DNA of 64,000 nucleotides from Hemiscyllium ocellatum (lineage: Eukaryota): assembly GCF_020745735.1 (NCBI RefSeq), contig NC_083415.1, forward strand, positions 28,386,964 to 28,450,963, given 5' to 3'. Shown here one piece after another: positions 12,899 through 26,280 of the stretch; the first letter of the stretch is position 1, and every line of letters starts with the position of its first letter. The position numbers and the translations under genes were made by a program. The notes under the pieces were generated by a model. The model ran no database searches, had not been told where the DNA came from, and saw only the letters and a list, made by a program, of their open reading frames with translations.

Positions 12899-14132
12899 TG
12901 GAACTACACCACAGGTTCCCATCCCCCTGCTGATCTAATTTAAACCCACCCAAATAGCACCAGCAAATTTCCCACCCAGGATATTAGTATCTCTCTGGTC
13001 CAAGTGAAGACCGTCTTGTTTGAAAAGGTCCCACCTTCCCCAGAATGAGCCCCAATTATCCAAATACCTGAAACCCTCCCTTCTGCACCATCCCTGCAGC
13101 CACATGTTCAGCTGCTATCTCTCCCTATTCTTTGCCTTATTATCACATAGTACAGGTAACAAACCAGAGATAACAACTCTGTTTGTTTTAGCTCTCAGCT
13201 TCCATCCTAGCTCCCTGAAATCCTGCCTTACATCCTTATCCCTCTTTCTACCTATGTTTTTGGTACCTACGTGGATCATGACTTAGGGCTGGTCCCCCTT
13301 TCCCTTCAGGACTCCAAAGATATGATCCAAGACATCATGGACCCTACCACCTGGAAAGCAACACACCAACCGTGAGACTCGTTCGTTCTCAACAAACCTT
13401 CTATCTGACCCTCTAATTATTGAGTCCCCAATGATTAACACTCTCCTCCTTTCCCTTGTTCCCTTCTATGTAACAGGTCCAGACTCTGTGCCAGAGACCT
13501 GCACCACACTGCATACCCTTGGTAAGTCAACCCCCCAACAGTATCCAAAACGGCAAACTTGTTTTTCAGGGGAACAACTACAGAGGACTCTTCCACAGAC
13601 TGTTTCTTCCCCCTTCAAACAGTTACCCAGCTTTCTTTGTGTCTAGGAATAACTGCTTCCCTGTAACTCTTATCTATCACAGCCTCTGCCTCCAGAATGA
13701 TCCAAAGCTCATCCAGCTCCCACGATAGTTCCCTAACGCAGTCTTGGAAGAGCGAGAGTTGGGTGCACTTCCTGCAGATTTACTTGGATGGGACACTAAT
13801 AATGTCCCTCATCTCAAACATCATGCAGCAGGAACATTTCTCTCCCTGCACTGCCATCCCTGCTAGTCTCTTTATCTGAATGTAAGAAAGAAGAGAAGCT
13901 TACCTGATGTGTCCCTGGTGTTTAAGGTTCGAGGGTGTGGTTGGGTGGGAGGCCCCACAAGGGTAGGGTCTCAGGTCTAGAAAACACTTTAAAAACCTCC
14001 CTCCTTTCCCAGAAATCTCTGCTCTCCGTTTGTAAATATAAAAGCCCAAATCCGTGACTCACTACTCCCAACAGGCCCCTGGTCCAAGCTCCTGCCCTTC
14101 GAACTGTTGCTGCTGTTGTTGAATAAAGGAAA

Positions 14133-14248
14133 TGAGGGATATGGGCCAAATGTTGGTGGATGAGACTAGATTAATTTGTAATATCTGGTTGGCATGAACA
14201 ACTTAGGCTGAAGGGTTTATTTCTCTGCTGTAGATCTCTATGACTTTA
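14133..14248 (+). mobile_element. CR1 3' UTR, continuation of 8250-8907
   Basis: gagggatatgggccaaatg...ctctatgact resumes the consensus where 8907 stops (compare 63640-63762). Confidence 0.85.
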
Positions 14249-14259
14249 AGATAGCTGAA

Positions 14260-14500
14260 AGTAACTATCTGGAATGTTGGGAATGTGAGCAGGAGGGTGA
14301 GAAAGAATGTATACTCTGCACTCTTTCCTGAAGGGATAGTTGCAAAAGCTTTGGCCTTATATTTCACCGTGACATGCTAGGGACCCCCATCATTGGATGG
14401 GGATGTTTGAGATGATTCTTCTTGTGGTTTGTTGTTTGATTGCCACTGGCATTCATGACTGGATGTAGCAAGATTCCAGGATCTGAGCCATATGTTGTAT
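14260..14500 (-). mobile_element. Old LINE fragment (family of 42930-46052)
   Basis: Diverged reverse-complement similarity to 45340-45480. Confidence 0.5.
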
Positions 14501-15529
14501 GTCTTTCAACAGCTGCTTCAAACCATAATACACATACAGCAGAGAGAACTACATAAGATTACTCCCATTGTGCATTAGACAATTAAAGATACCAGGCTAG
14601 GAAACAATCACAGAATATTGATACTTGTGCTAGCTTGAGCTGCATTCTCACAGTCTATATTAGTCTATCAGATCACTAGTCTGTAACATTGCCAGTTCTC
14701 TGCAGTTTTGTAACAAACTCCATGTAGCGTTTATTCTCAAATTAAATGTAATTATTTTCTTTCCAATCACTGGGGAGTATTAGTTTCATTCATTCTATTC
14801 TGTAATTACGGGGACACATTAATGTATTCCTTACTGTGGTACCTGAGCCGAATATTAAAAGAAGAAAACTATTGTCTTCGATATAGATTTTTAAAATTAT
14901 TCATATGAATCAGTGGAATAATTATGATTAGGAGCAAATACTCGTTATTTATCATTGTAATTCCTGTAAAAGTAATAAAACAAAACACTGGCTCTACTGT
15001 TATTAGTTAATTCCTGTTATAGGCACTCCAAAACGGCTGAACAGTCCATGATGTATGGAATTAACTCCAGGAACAGTGTATAAAAAAATTAGCCATGTTA
15101 AAAAGCATTTTGCGTTTTTATTTTTGATGGAACTGAAACCGACAGGAAATATATGCTGTTTTATTGGCAATTACAAAACATATTTTAACAATGCATATAT
15201 ATTTAATGTATACACAGTTAAGTTTTCATATTCAATTTGACAATAAGTAGGAGCAGACTTTGCAGAAAAGATGAGTTGTACTTAAATCCCAGACTGACAG
15301 ATTGAAAAGAAAAGCTTTTAAAGGTTTCACCTGATTTGCAGCATAATAATTGATAAAATCCTTTGCAAATTCAGGGGGCAAACATAAAATGTCTCATACA
15401 TTGTTAAATCTGTAAAACTGTTGACAGGAACAGTGACAAATCTAAGTTTAATTATTAAGTCTTCATCTCGGCTCCATGGTAGAGTTTTTGGTTTTGGTGC
15501 AGGCAAACAACTTTGCATCAACCATCGAC

Positions 15530-16458
15530 AGGTACAAAGTAGGAGCAGAAATTGGCCATTCGACCCCTCAAACCTGCACCATCATTCAGTGTGATCATCC
15601 AACTCAGTACCCTGTTCCCACTTACCCCCCATTCCCTTTAACTCTAAGAATGTTATCCTTTATCTTTAAGAATTATATTTAACTTCCTCTTGAGAACATG
15701 CAATGTTTTGGTCTCACACATGTTCTGTAGCAGGGAATTACATTGGTTCACCACTCTCTGGATGCAGAAATTTCTCCTTATTTCAGTCCTAACTGACCTA
15801 ATGCAAATCATTAGACTGTGACCCCTGGTTCTGGGATCCCTGGTCATCGGGAACATGTTTCTTGTATTTACCCTGTCTAGTCCTGTTAGAGTTTTAAAGG
15901 TTTCTATGAGATTCTGCATCATTCTCTAAATTCTAATTATAATCCTAACCGATCCAATTTCTCCTCTTACACCTTTCTTGCCAGTCGGGTAAACCTTTAT
16001 TACACTCCTTCGATAGACAAAACATTCTTCTTCAGATAAGAAAAGCAAACTGAACATAATATTCTAGATGTGGTCTCACAGAGGCCCTGTAGAATTGCAG
16101 CAAGACATCTCGGCTCCTACATTTGAATCTTCTCACAATGAAGGCCAACATACCATTTGCCTTCTTCACTGTCTCCTGCACCTGAATATTTACTTTCAAC
16201 AATTGGTGTAACAGGACACCTCTTGTTGCACTCTGCCTATTCAAATCTAACATCATTCCAATAATAATCTGCCCTGCTGCTTTTGTGGCTGAAATGGATA
16301 ACCTCGCAGTTATTCACGTTGCACTTCATCTGCCATACATTTGTCCATTCAATCAACCTGTCCAAATCACAATGACAGCATCTCTGCATCCTCCCACTCA
16401 GCTTTGTGTCATCTATAAATTTGGAGATAGAACAGTTAGTTCCCTCATCCAAATGATT
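15530..16458 (-). mobile_element. CR1 LINE 3' fragment (second subfamily)
   Basis: Minus ORFs ISKFIDDTKLSG, VRPHLEYYVQF, RTRGHSL..RRNFCIQRVVN. Confidence 0.9.
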
Positions 16459-18873
16459 AAAATAATGCTAATATATAAAGCCAATCTTTTAGCTGATAGA
16501 TTTAAATATATTTATGGTGCATGATAGTTGCATTATTAATTCTATTCAGACTGAACCCGACGAATGAGTTCACTTCAGGAGATAACTCAGCAGGTTTTAT
16601 TTTGTATCAGTGGATCTTTAACCCTTTTTAAGCCTTGCTTTATTTGGTGAATTCCAACTGGAAAAGTAAAGATTGGTCAGGGAAAAGTAAAACATTTACC
16701 AGAAATGCAAAACGTGGCATCGAAATTCAATCATACCGTTGGAAGTGCCCCACTATTCATTGTCTTTACAACTGCTTGGAGACCCAAAAAAATGTCATTT
16801 TTGACACCATGAAAAACTGCTAACATCTCTGAAAGGAAAGATATTCTGATAGTAGACAGAGGAAATACTGGGTTGAATCTTCTGGTACCAAGGGTAGTGA
16901 TGCATTGAATCTAAATTGTTGAAGTGTGTGAGACCCTGAGGAAGTCTTGACTTACATGCATGCTCTGAAATCAAATGAAATGCTTGTACTGCCCCTGACA
17001 CTTTATAAATGTCTCTTACATTGATTTTAGGTTGGAGACTTGGGCAATGCACTATTTATCTGGATGCCTGCCTGAGAAATGTTTCACTGTTTGATCTTTG
17101 GTACAAGTCAGTGACTAACAATTTAACTCAGCCCAGCACCCCAAATGATCCTTAATCTTTTCCAACCTGATTTCCAACCCAATTATCCACCATATCCCAA
17201 CCTGATGACTCCAAAATCCACTGATCCGCAGATACAATTCAACTAACTGCTCTTATGACCCTACCTACTCACCCAGTCACTCACCCTCTCACCAACCTAG
17301 TGTGGTGTAGTCCGTATAAGCTAGTTTCTCAAAGTATGGCATGTGTCCAGCCACTCAAAAAGAACACCTCACATTTAAATGAATAAAGCATGCAATTCAA
17401 GTATAAAGTATAGTCAACCTTGCTCTTAATATTGCAACCCTCATTTTTCCACAAACCATATTTTCCATGCTGCAAGCCAATAATTGTATTTTGACAGACA
17501 CATTCTCTGGGCACACCAGACACTCCCTTCTTGCTTGCAGAAGATTGTACACAACTTACAATTGGAGGTTCCAGTCAGAGGATGCTGCAACTTTGTACAT
17601 GCTCGATTATGCATGTAAGATAGTGTACAAACCATTAGGGAAAAGTGAAGTACAAAGTTTTTTTTTACCCCTTAACGTTTTCCCTCTTATTTCTACCTCA
17701 TGCTACATTCTGATTTAAATTTTTAATAAGTTTGTTTTTCATAATTAATTTGCCATTGGTATTTATATTGTAGTGCAGTAGGGCAAGACCCATAAGGCTG
17801 CACAGAAGGAAAGAAATTGAATCTCTCTGTAAGGATAGGACATTTCACACAGTGTTCTTCAGTGACCTTCTCCCAGTGCTCTGTCAGTGAGAGGTACTCC
17901 TGATTGATGCCACTCCTGCACTTGCTCATTTTCATGCTGCTCCTTCTCCTGATGCACTTTATCCTGCCCAAATGATAGCATAGGCTGATCCTGCAACTTG
18001 TCAAAGAGATTATCATGAATCTGGATAGTCACTTAGTGCTGCACTTCACAGCTTCCTGCAAGCATTCTAGGAACTGAGAGTGTTACCTGACTTTGGCAAA
18101 AATCTCCTGAATTGCTTTTCTTGCGGCAGCATGGTTCTGCAGCAGTGCCAGAGTTCTTGACAGGCATAATCATCTGAGCTTGAGGTGCATTGTCCTGGTC
18201 ACTCAGTTGTCAACTGGACAACCTGCTTTGTACAATGGCAGAATAGGGCAGTGGTGAACGGTAAATCTATTATGACTGCTGTGTAAAACTCGGGCATCGA
18301 TCTACACATCATGTTGCTTGTAGTCATCAATAAATGGAGGATTCTGAGTAATCCTTTTTTGAGGTATTATAGGTGCTGGAGGTGATTTCTTCGAATTCCA
18401 GGAGCAGCAATTACTGTTTATATGCTGTTGCATTGTTTTGGAACTTTGGAAAAAAAAAATCAAAACAACAGCAATTTGAAAAGGGAGAAGAACAGACAAA
18501 GGAAGCACATGGTGAGGACAGTGCAGGAGAGAGACAGAGAGAAAGAAATTGATACTGCCTTTGCTGTATGAATTCATAGTATCGCTGGACATTGGAGTGC
18601 ATCTGGGAAAATTAACAAACAGTGAAATTCACAACTGATCTTGGAGGAACTGTTAGGTGAAGTTCACAGCACAGAATCGGAGAAGTTAATTGTTGTTTCA
18701 GGTGTAATCTACAGAAAGTCTGCAGTAGTGAGTAGAGTGGGTTCTTTCTTGATCATATGTTTTTGGAGATATGTCTCTTGGTTAAACTTAAAATATAAGC
18801 CATAACTATTAATTTAACCTGGGGCAGTGTTTGTAGAGGAATAAGACTGTGTTATTTTCTTGGTCTGTAGATT

Positions 18874-19812
18874 GTGAAGACCTTTAGTACAGTGATATGT
18901 ACTTCTTGTCAGATATGGGAGTTCAAAGAAAGTTTAAGGGTTACTGCAGATTATATCTGCCATAAATGCTGTTGGTTGCGAATCTTATCAGATCGAATGG
19001 ATTGGTTGGAGAGACAGTTAGAAGCAATGAGGAATTTGCAACAGCAACAGCATGTGATGGATAGCAGTTATAGGAAGGAGGGATAGTCTCAGATACAGTC
19101 ACATAGATGGGTTAACTCCAGGAAGGGTAAGAGCGGTAGGCAGCTAGTGCAGGAATATTTTGTGGATATGCCCATTTCAAACAGTATGCTGTTTTGGAAA
19201 ATGTAGGGGCTGATGGATTCTCAGGGGAATGTAGCATGAACAGCCAAGTTTCTGCTATTGAGACTGGCTCTAATGCAATGAGGGATACGTCGGATTCCAA
19301 GAGATCAATTGTGTTAGGGGATTCTTTAGTCTGAGGTACAGACAGACATTTCTGTGCTCAGCAGAGAAAAAGCAGAATGGTGTATTGCTTCCCTGGTTCT
19401 AGGATTAAGGATGTCTCAGAGAAGGTGCAGAATATTCCCACGGAGGAGAGGGACCAGGAAGAGGTCATTGTCCACATTGGAACCAACGATGTAGGAAGGG
19501 AAAAGGTTGAGATTCTGAAGGGAGATTACAGAGAGTTAGGCAGAAATTTAAAAAGTTGGTCCTCGAGAGTAGGATACATCTGGATTACTCCCGGTGCTAC
19601 AAGCTAGTGAGAACAGGAATAGGAGGATAGAGCAGATGAATGCATGGCTGAGGAACTGGTATATGGGGGAAGGATTCACACTTTTGGATCATTGGAATCT
19701 CTTTTGGGGTAGAAGTGGCCTGTACAAGAAGGACAGATTGCACCTAAATTGGAAGGAGACAAATATACAGGCAGGGGAATTTGTTAGAGCTGCTCAGGAG
19801 GAATTAAACTAG
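18874..19812 (+). pseudogene. CR1 ORF1 (CxxC zinc finger, coiled coil, SGNH/GDSL esterase), disrupted
   Basis: CTSCQIWEF..YICHKC; IVLGDSLV*G; VIVHIGTNDVG; LYKKDRLHLNWK; stops and frameshifts. Confidence 0.9.
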
Positions 19813-19949
19813 TAAGGTGGGGGTGGGGTGGGGGGGGGGCGGGATGGTAGTGGTGGGAACTAGGGAGATGGGGAGGAAAGAGATCAATCTGAGACTGGTA
19901 CAGTTGAGAACAGAAGTGAGTCAAACAGTCAGGGCACAGGGACAAGGTA

Positions 19950-22722
19950 GGACTAATAAATTAAACTGCATTTATTTCAATGCAAGGGGCCTAACAGGGA
20001 AGGCAGTTGAACTCAGGGCATAGTTAGGAACATGGGACTGGGATAGCATAGCAATTCCAGAAACATGGCTCAGGGATGGGCAGGACTGGCAGCTTAATGT
20101 TCCAGGATACAAATGCTACAGGAAGGATAGAAAGGGAGGCAAGAGAGAAGGGGAGTGGCATTTTTGATAAAGAGTAGCATTACAGCTGTACTTAGGGAGG
20201 ATATTCCCAGAAATACATCCAGGGTAGTTATTTAGGCGGAACTGAGAAATAAGAAAGGGATGATCACCTTATTGGGATTGTATTATTGACCCCCTAATAG
20301 TCAGAGGAAAATTGAGAAACAAACTTGTAAGGAGATCTCAGCTATCTGTAAGGATAATAGGGTGGTTATGGTAGGGGATTTTAACTTTCCAAACATAGAC
20401 TGGGACTGCTATAGTATTAAGGGTTTATATAGAGAAGAATTTGTTAAGTGCGTACAAGACAATTTTCTGATTCAGTATGTGGATGTACCTACTAGAGAAG
20501 ATGCAAAACTTGACCTACGCTTGTGAAATAAGGCAGGGCAGGTGACTGAGGTCTCAGTGGGGGAGCACTTTGGGGCTAGCGACCATAATTCTATTAGATT
20601 TAAAATAATGATGGAGAAGGATAGACCAGATCTAAAAGTTGAAGTTCTAAATTGGAGAAAGATCAATTTTGACAATATTATACAAGAACTTTCAAAAGCT
20701 GATTGGGGGCAGATGTTCACACGTAAAGGGATGGCTGGAAAATGGGAAGGCTTCAGAAATACGACAATGAGAACTCAGAGAAAGTATATTCCTGTCAGGG
20801 TAAAAGGAAAGACTGGTAGGTACAGGGATTGCTGGATGACTGAAGAAATTGAGGGTGTGGTTAAGAAAAAGAAGGAAGTATATGGAAGGTACAGATAGGA
20901 TAGATTGACTGAATCCTTAGAAGAGTATAAAGGAAGTAGAAGTATACTTAAGAGGGAAATCAGGAGGGCACAATGGGGACATGAGATAGCTTTGGCAAAT
21001 AGAATTAAGGAGAATCCAAAGGGCTTTTACAAATACATTAAGGACAAAATGGTAACAAGGGAGAGAATAGGGCCTCTCAAAGATCAGCAAGGAGGCCTTT
21101 GTGAGGAGCCACAGAAAATGAGGGAGATCCTAAACAATATTTTGCATCAGTATTTACTGTGGAAAAGGAAATGGAAGATATAGACTGTAGGGAAATAGAT
21201 GGCGAAACCTTGCAAAACATCCATATTACAGAGGAGGAAGTGCTGGATGTCTTGAAATGGGTAAAGGTGGCTAACTCCCCAGGATTTGATCAGGTGTACC
21301 CTAGAACTCTGCGGGAAGCTAGAGAAATGATCGCTAGGCCTCTTGCTGAGATATTTGCATCATCGATAATCACAGGTGAGGTGCTGGAAGACTGGAGGGT
21401 GGCAAATGTGGTACCACTGTTTAAGAAGGGTGGTAAGGATATGCCAGGGAAGTATAGACCAGTGAGCCTGACCTCAGTGATGGGCAAGTTGTTGGAGGGA
21501 ATCCTGAGAGACAGAATGTACATATATTTGGAAAGGCAAGGACTGATTAGGGATAGTCAACATGGCTTTGTTTGAGGGAAATCATGTCTCACAAACTTGA
21601 TTGAGTTTTTTGAAGAAGTAACAAAGATGATTGATGAGGGCAGAATGGCAGATGTGATCTATATGGATTTCAGTAAGGCATTTGACAAGGTTCCCCATGG
21701 GACACTGATTAGCAAGGTTAGATCTCATGGAATACAGGGAAAACTAGCTATTTGGATACAGAACTGGCTCAAAGATAGAAGACAGAGGGTGGTGGTGGTG
21801 GGTTGTTTTTCAGACTGGAGGCCTGTGACCAGTGGAGTGCCACAAGGATCGGTGCTGGGTCCTCTACTTTTTGTCGTTTACATAAATGATTTGGATGCGA
21901 GTATAAGAGGTACAGTTAATAAGTTTGCAGCTGACACCAAAATTGGAGGCATAATGGACAGCGAAGTGGGTTACCTCAGATTACAACAGGATCTGGACCA
22001 GCTGGGCCAATGGGCTGAGAAGTGGCAGATGTAGTTTAATTCAGACAAATGCGCGGTGCTGCATTTTTGGAAAGCAAATCTTAGCAGGACTTATATACTT
22101 AATGGTAAGGTTCTCGGGAGTGTTGCTGAACAAAGAGACCATGGAGTGCAGGTTCATAGCTCTTTGAAAATAGGTTCGCAGGTAGATAGGAAAGTGAAGA
22201 AGGCGTTTGGTATGCTGTCTTTTATTGGTCAGAGTAATGAGTACAGGAGTTTATTGTGCCTGTACAGGACATTGGTTAGGCCACTGTTGGAATATTATGT
22301 GCAACGCTGGTCTCCTTCCTATCAAAAAGATGTTGTGAAACTTGAAAGGGTTCAGAAAAGATTTACAAGGATGTTGCCAGGGTTGGATGATTTGAACTAC
22401 AGGGAGAGGCTGAACCGGCTGGGCCTGTTTTCCCTGGAGTGTCGGAGGCTGAGAGGTGACCTTATAGTGGTTTACAAAATTATGAGGGGCATGAATAGGT
22501 TAAATAGAGACAGTCTTTTCCCTGGGGTCGGGGTGTCCAGACCTAGAGGGCATAGGTTTAGGGTGAGAGGAGAAAGATATAAAAGAGACCTAAGCGGCTA
22601 CTTTTTCACACAGAGGGTAGTACGAATTTGGAATGAACTGCCAGAGGAAGTGGTGGAGGCTGATACAATTGCAACATTTAAGAGGCATTTGGATGGGTAT
22701 ATGAATAGGAAGGATTTGGAGG
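19950..22722 (+). pseudogene. CR1 ORF2 (APE endonuclease plus reverse transcriptase), disrupted
   Basis: [55 protein letters not shown]; catalytic FADD mutated to FAAD; multiple stops and frameshifts. Confidence 0.93.
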
Positions 22723-24212
22723 GTTGGGTGCTGGCAGGTGGGACTAGATTGGGTTGGGATATCTGGTTGGCATGGACAGGTTGGACCGAAGGCTCTGTTT
22801 CCATGCTGTACATCTCTATGACTCTACAAACTGTGCATTGATGAAACTGAATCCCTTTATTATTGACAAAGATGTGAGGCTGGTAATAGACAGCATCAGG
22901 GCAATTCAGTTGACAGCTCTTTGGACTCAGTGCTTGTGAAGTTGAATGCTCACAGATCCTGCCTCACTCTTGACATGGTTAAAAGTTGGTGAAAACAGCC
23001 CTTGCTGATTTCTTGATAGACCAATGGATAGAAATGTCAGTGAAGTCTCTGCTGCAGCCTGCAAGAAACCTATGGTATAAAATTTAAAAGCTACTGTGAT
23101 CTGGATCATTACAGGCAGTCCCTTTTATGTCCTGGTATGCAGCTGTAGCTACAGCAGATACACAACATTGCTCAGTGCTCGCTCTCTTTGTGAAGTAATG
23201 TACCTGAACATCAGAGAATTTCACGTTGGCAGAATGCCCCCAAAGCTATGAGTATGTGCCCCTCTGGGGTACCAGATTCAATAAGCTGTTTCTGCCTATT
23301 TCTTACTGCTCTTCTCCTATTCCAGATCCAAAGTTATCCCCATAAGACAATCTGTGGCTGTAGTATAACTGGCTTTGACAGTAAGCAAGAAGAGATTGAG
23401 ATTTTTAAAAAATCATCTTCTCAGCAGTCAGAGTTCAGTTTTCACAATCAGAAAACAAGGCAAAAAACACTCATGAGTTGACTATCAATCACAAATGACA
23501 AACCAGCAACTAGTCTGAAGATAATGGAAGAATCGTTTTTCTTAATGTTGTGGCGCTGTTCTTCCTTTCCGTTAGCACCATGAGTTGCTGAACAAGCTTA
23601 TTGTCTGAGTAGTCCATACTGAGTCAGACCAATATCAGATGATCCTTGAACAAATATTGGACCATAATTTGAATATATCATTCATTGATTTAAATAATTC
23701 GGCTATGTGTTTTGGACTACAAAGAAACATCTCAGTGTAATAAGGTGAGTGATGTGTGTAATAAAGTTGACTGAATAGCCCATTATTCTGGATACGTAAA
23801 GATTCAATTTTGGGTATGGAATCATCAAGTTTCTAAATCAGTGTGTCTTTTTCTTCTGACCTAATACAATTTAAAATGAACTCTCATAAAATGTACATTT
23901 TTTATGTGACATTGGGAGAACCACTGCTGAATTTATAAGGCAGCTTTTCAACATCTAAATGTTTTAAACAAGTATAAAGGCTGAGGTGTTTGAAACTTTG
24001 ATACTGAGTTTCCTAAATTTGGCAAGTTTAGCAAAAATTTGGGCAAGTAAGTAGACTTACTCAAGGAACGAATGACAACAGTTAATACTGCTTTAAGTTC
24101 CTAATCTGTTAAAAGTGGAATGAAATATTTTTGCCTTATAGTTCCCAGTAGTTCAAAATATCATATTTCTCATCATAAGGTATTAAAACTTTTCATTAAA
24201 TGTTTTTCACAG

Positions 24213-24227
24213 ATGTTATCGTGGGTG
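24213..24227 (+). other. Candidate 15-nt frame-preserving microexon of an unidentified host gene
   Basis: tgtttttcacAG|ATGTTATCGTGGGTG|GTGAGT; strong acceptor and donor, all three frames open, flanks largely TE-free. Confidence 0.35.
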
Positions 24228-25984
24228 GTGAGTTGATACATCTTTGCTGTTGTTTTATTGAGACTAATTCCTGCTGATTTTGATTTTATGACTGCATTCC
24301 TTTGGTTTTCAATTTTTTCTACATCTGCTGTCCATTGGTCATAAACTTAGCTACATTATATGATACATTATTCATGATTATTTATATTATGGGATAGATT
24401 TTTGTCTTCATCATCTGGACAGTAACCTGAAGAATTGATCTCTTGCTGCCTATAGAATTTGCTCAATTTTCATTCTGTTCATGTCAATGGAACAAAAATC
24501 AGTGGGATACTAAAAAAGGTGGGTAATGTGACCCACTAAGGTGGTAAAGAATATTTTGATGTGTAATTATATAGATTTTTTAAAAAAAACATTGTAAAAT
24601 TATAGGTCAGGTACAAATGACTTATGTGAAGAATAATGGTATTTGAAACCTCTAGTGAAACAGGAATAAGAAGGAGCTTTCACAATTTACTTGATATAAT
24701 TGATATTATCATTAGTAAACATGGCATGGAATTCACAAAATAGTTACAGGACATTTGGACCAACTGCATACTGGTGCTTAGACATCTGTCGTATTGAGCT
24801 TAAAAATGATATCCACCAACCTGATAATTAAGGATTCATCGTTAAGGGTTAAATGCTCATGGAAAGTGGAAAAATATATGACAAGAGTCCTGGCTGGGAG
24901 GTAACTACATACCCTTGATTGTCTGTGAGAGCCATTCTTTTACATGGACCCACCTAGAACTCTTTTCAACTTGATTTCTGCGCAGCAGCAGATCTGGAAA
25001 AGTAGCAAAAGTACGACAAAATGGAGATTCAGCCATAACTTTATATTCAGAATAGTATTAGTAATGGCGACTTTACCCCATTCACTGGACCTTTCACCAT
25101 CAGAGTGGCATTCGCGAGACTAGTGCCATGGAATCTGAGGCAGAGCTCTGTGTACCACTTTTGCCAAAGTCCCTGATGGACAAAAGGCAGTGTGAGACTC
25201 CCTTGTTTGTACATACAGAGGCACCTTGATTTTCCGAAGGACACGGGCGGGCAGTATTTTGTTCGATTAATCGAATTCCGGATAATCAAATGCTGGAAAA
25301 GATAGCTTAGCTGAGCGTCGGGACCTTGCTATCTTGCCAGATTTGGATTTGGGTAATCGAATGCAGGATAATTAAGGTTCCTTGTGTATTCATACAGTAC
25401 GTATATTATATAGTTTAAGATAATAGGTTCACTCATTATTTTGCATCTGTCTGTAATATATATTAAATTGGTTGAAGTGCATGTGCCAACATTGTGATCA
25501 GACCTTAATAAATCTGTTAGGTACTTTCAGCTGAACAATGCAAACACCATATGAGCTTCTTTCCGTCCTGCTTCAACTATTTTAATCTGTAAAACCTTAT
25601 ATTCCTTTCTCCCTCACTTTGTTTTATAGCTTTTCTTTAAAAGCTTCTACTGTCTTTGGTTGTTTCTCATGCTAGTGAGTTGCATATTTTAACCACTCTC
25701 TTAATAAAGACATTTCTCATGAGTCCCCCTTTTTGTCTCTTTTGTCTTTCTCCTTTTTCTAACCTAATTTTAATTTCCTTCTCTTTAGTATACTCTCTCT
25801 ACATAATCTAAACTTGAATTCACTATTCCAAGAATTAATGCTTTATGTTTCAGACACTGTTACACATTATCAATTCTTCAATTTAATTTGTTAAACAGAT
25901 ATAGGGCTAGGTATTCATGCAGTTGGAAGACCCAATGGACATTTGAGAATAGTGACTGATGCCCAATTCCAAGACTCCTGACCT

Positions 25985-26280
25985 ATTCCAACTTGGTACC
26001 ACCCTCTAGACCTGTCCTACCTGTCCACCATCCTTCCCACCTATCTGCTCCACCCTCCGCTCTAACCCATCTCCATCACCCCCCACCTATCTACCTATCA
26101 CCTTCCAAGCTACCTACTCACCCCCAGCGTCACCCCCCTCCCATTGCCTCTCAACCTCCTTGACATCCCTCCTACCAATATTCCTGTTGAAGACATGTGC
26201 CTGAAACATCAATTCTCTTGCTCTTCGGAAGCTGCTTGACCTGCTGTGCTTTCCAGCACCACACGCTTTTTGACTATTCT
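25985..26280 (+). mobile_element. Old PLE 3' end (family A-like) with decayed hammerhead
   Basis: C-rich UTR homologous to 44610-44780, then ttcCTGTTGAagacatgtgcctGAAAcatc..gctgcttgacctgctgtgctttccagcaccacac. Confidence 0.8.

Larger units (their letters stand above)
8908..14118 (-). mobile_element. Near-full-length decayed CR1 LINE (ORF1 zinc-finger/esterase ~12905-13860; ORF2 EN-RT with internal deletions)
   Basis: Minus ORFs VVIMGDFNFPNIDW, ATLDLVLGNEPG, KSPGLDGIYPRIL..WRIANVVPLFKKG..NYRPVNLTS..SQHGF, FFTQR..WNALP; (TATGTTC)n-type tail at 8908-8922. Confidence 0.93.
18302..22826 (+). mobile_element. Essentially full-length, inactivated CR1 LINE (5' boundary uncertain, 18300-18430)
   Basis: 5' UTR, ORF1 and ORF2 in order, ending in a ctctatgactcta tail; possible degenerate TSD aaactcgggcatcgat (~18286) / aaactgtgcattgat (~22828). 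Confidence 0.93.

Noticed and set aside
22056-22841. 261-aa ORF as a host gene
   Set aside because: It is the C-terminal fragment of a disrupted CR1 ORF2
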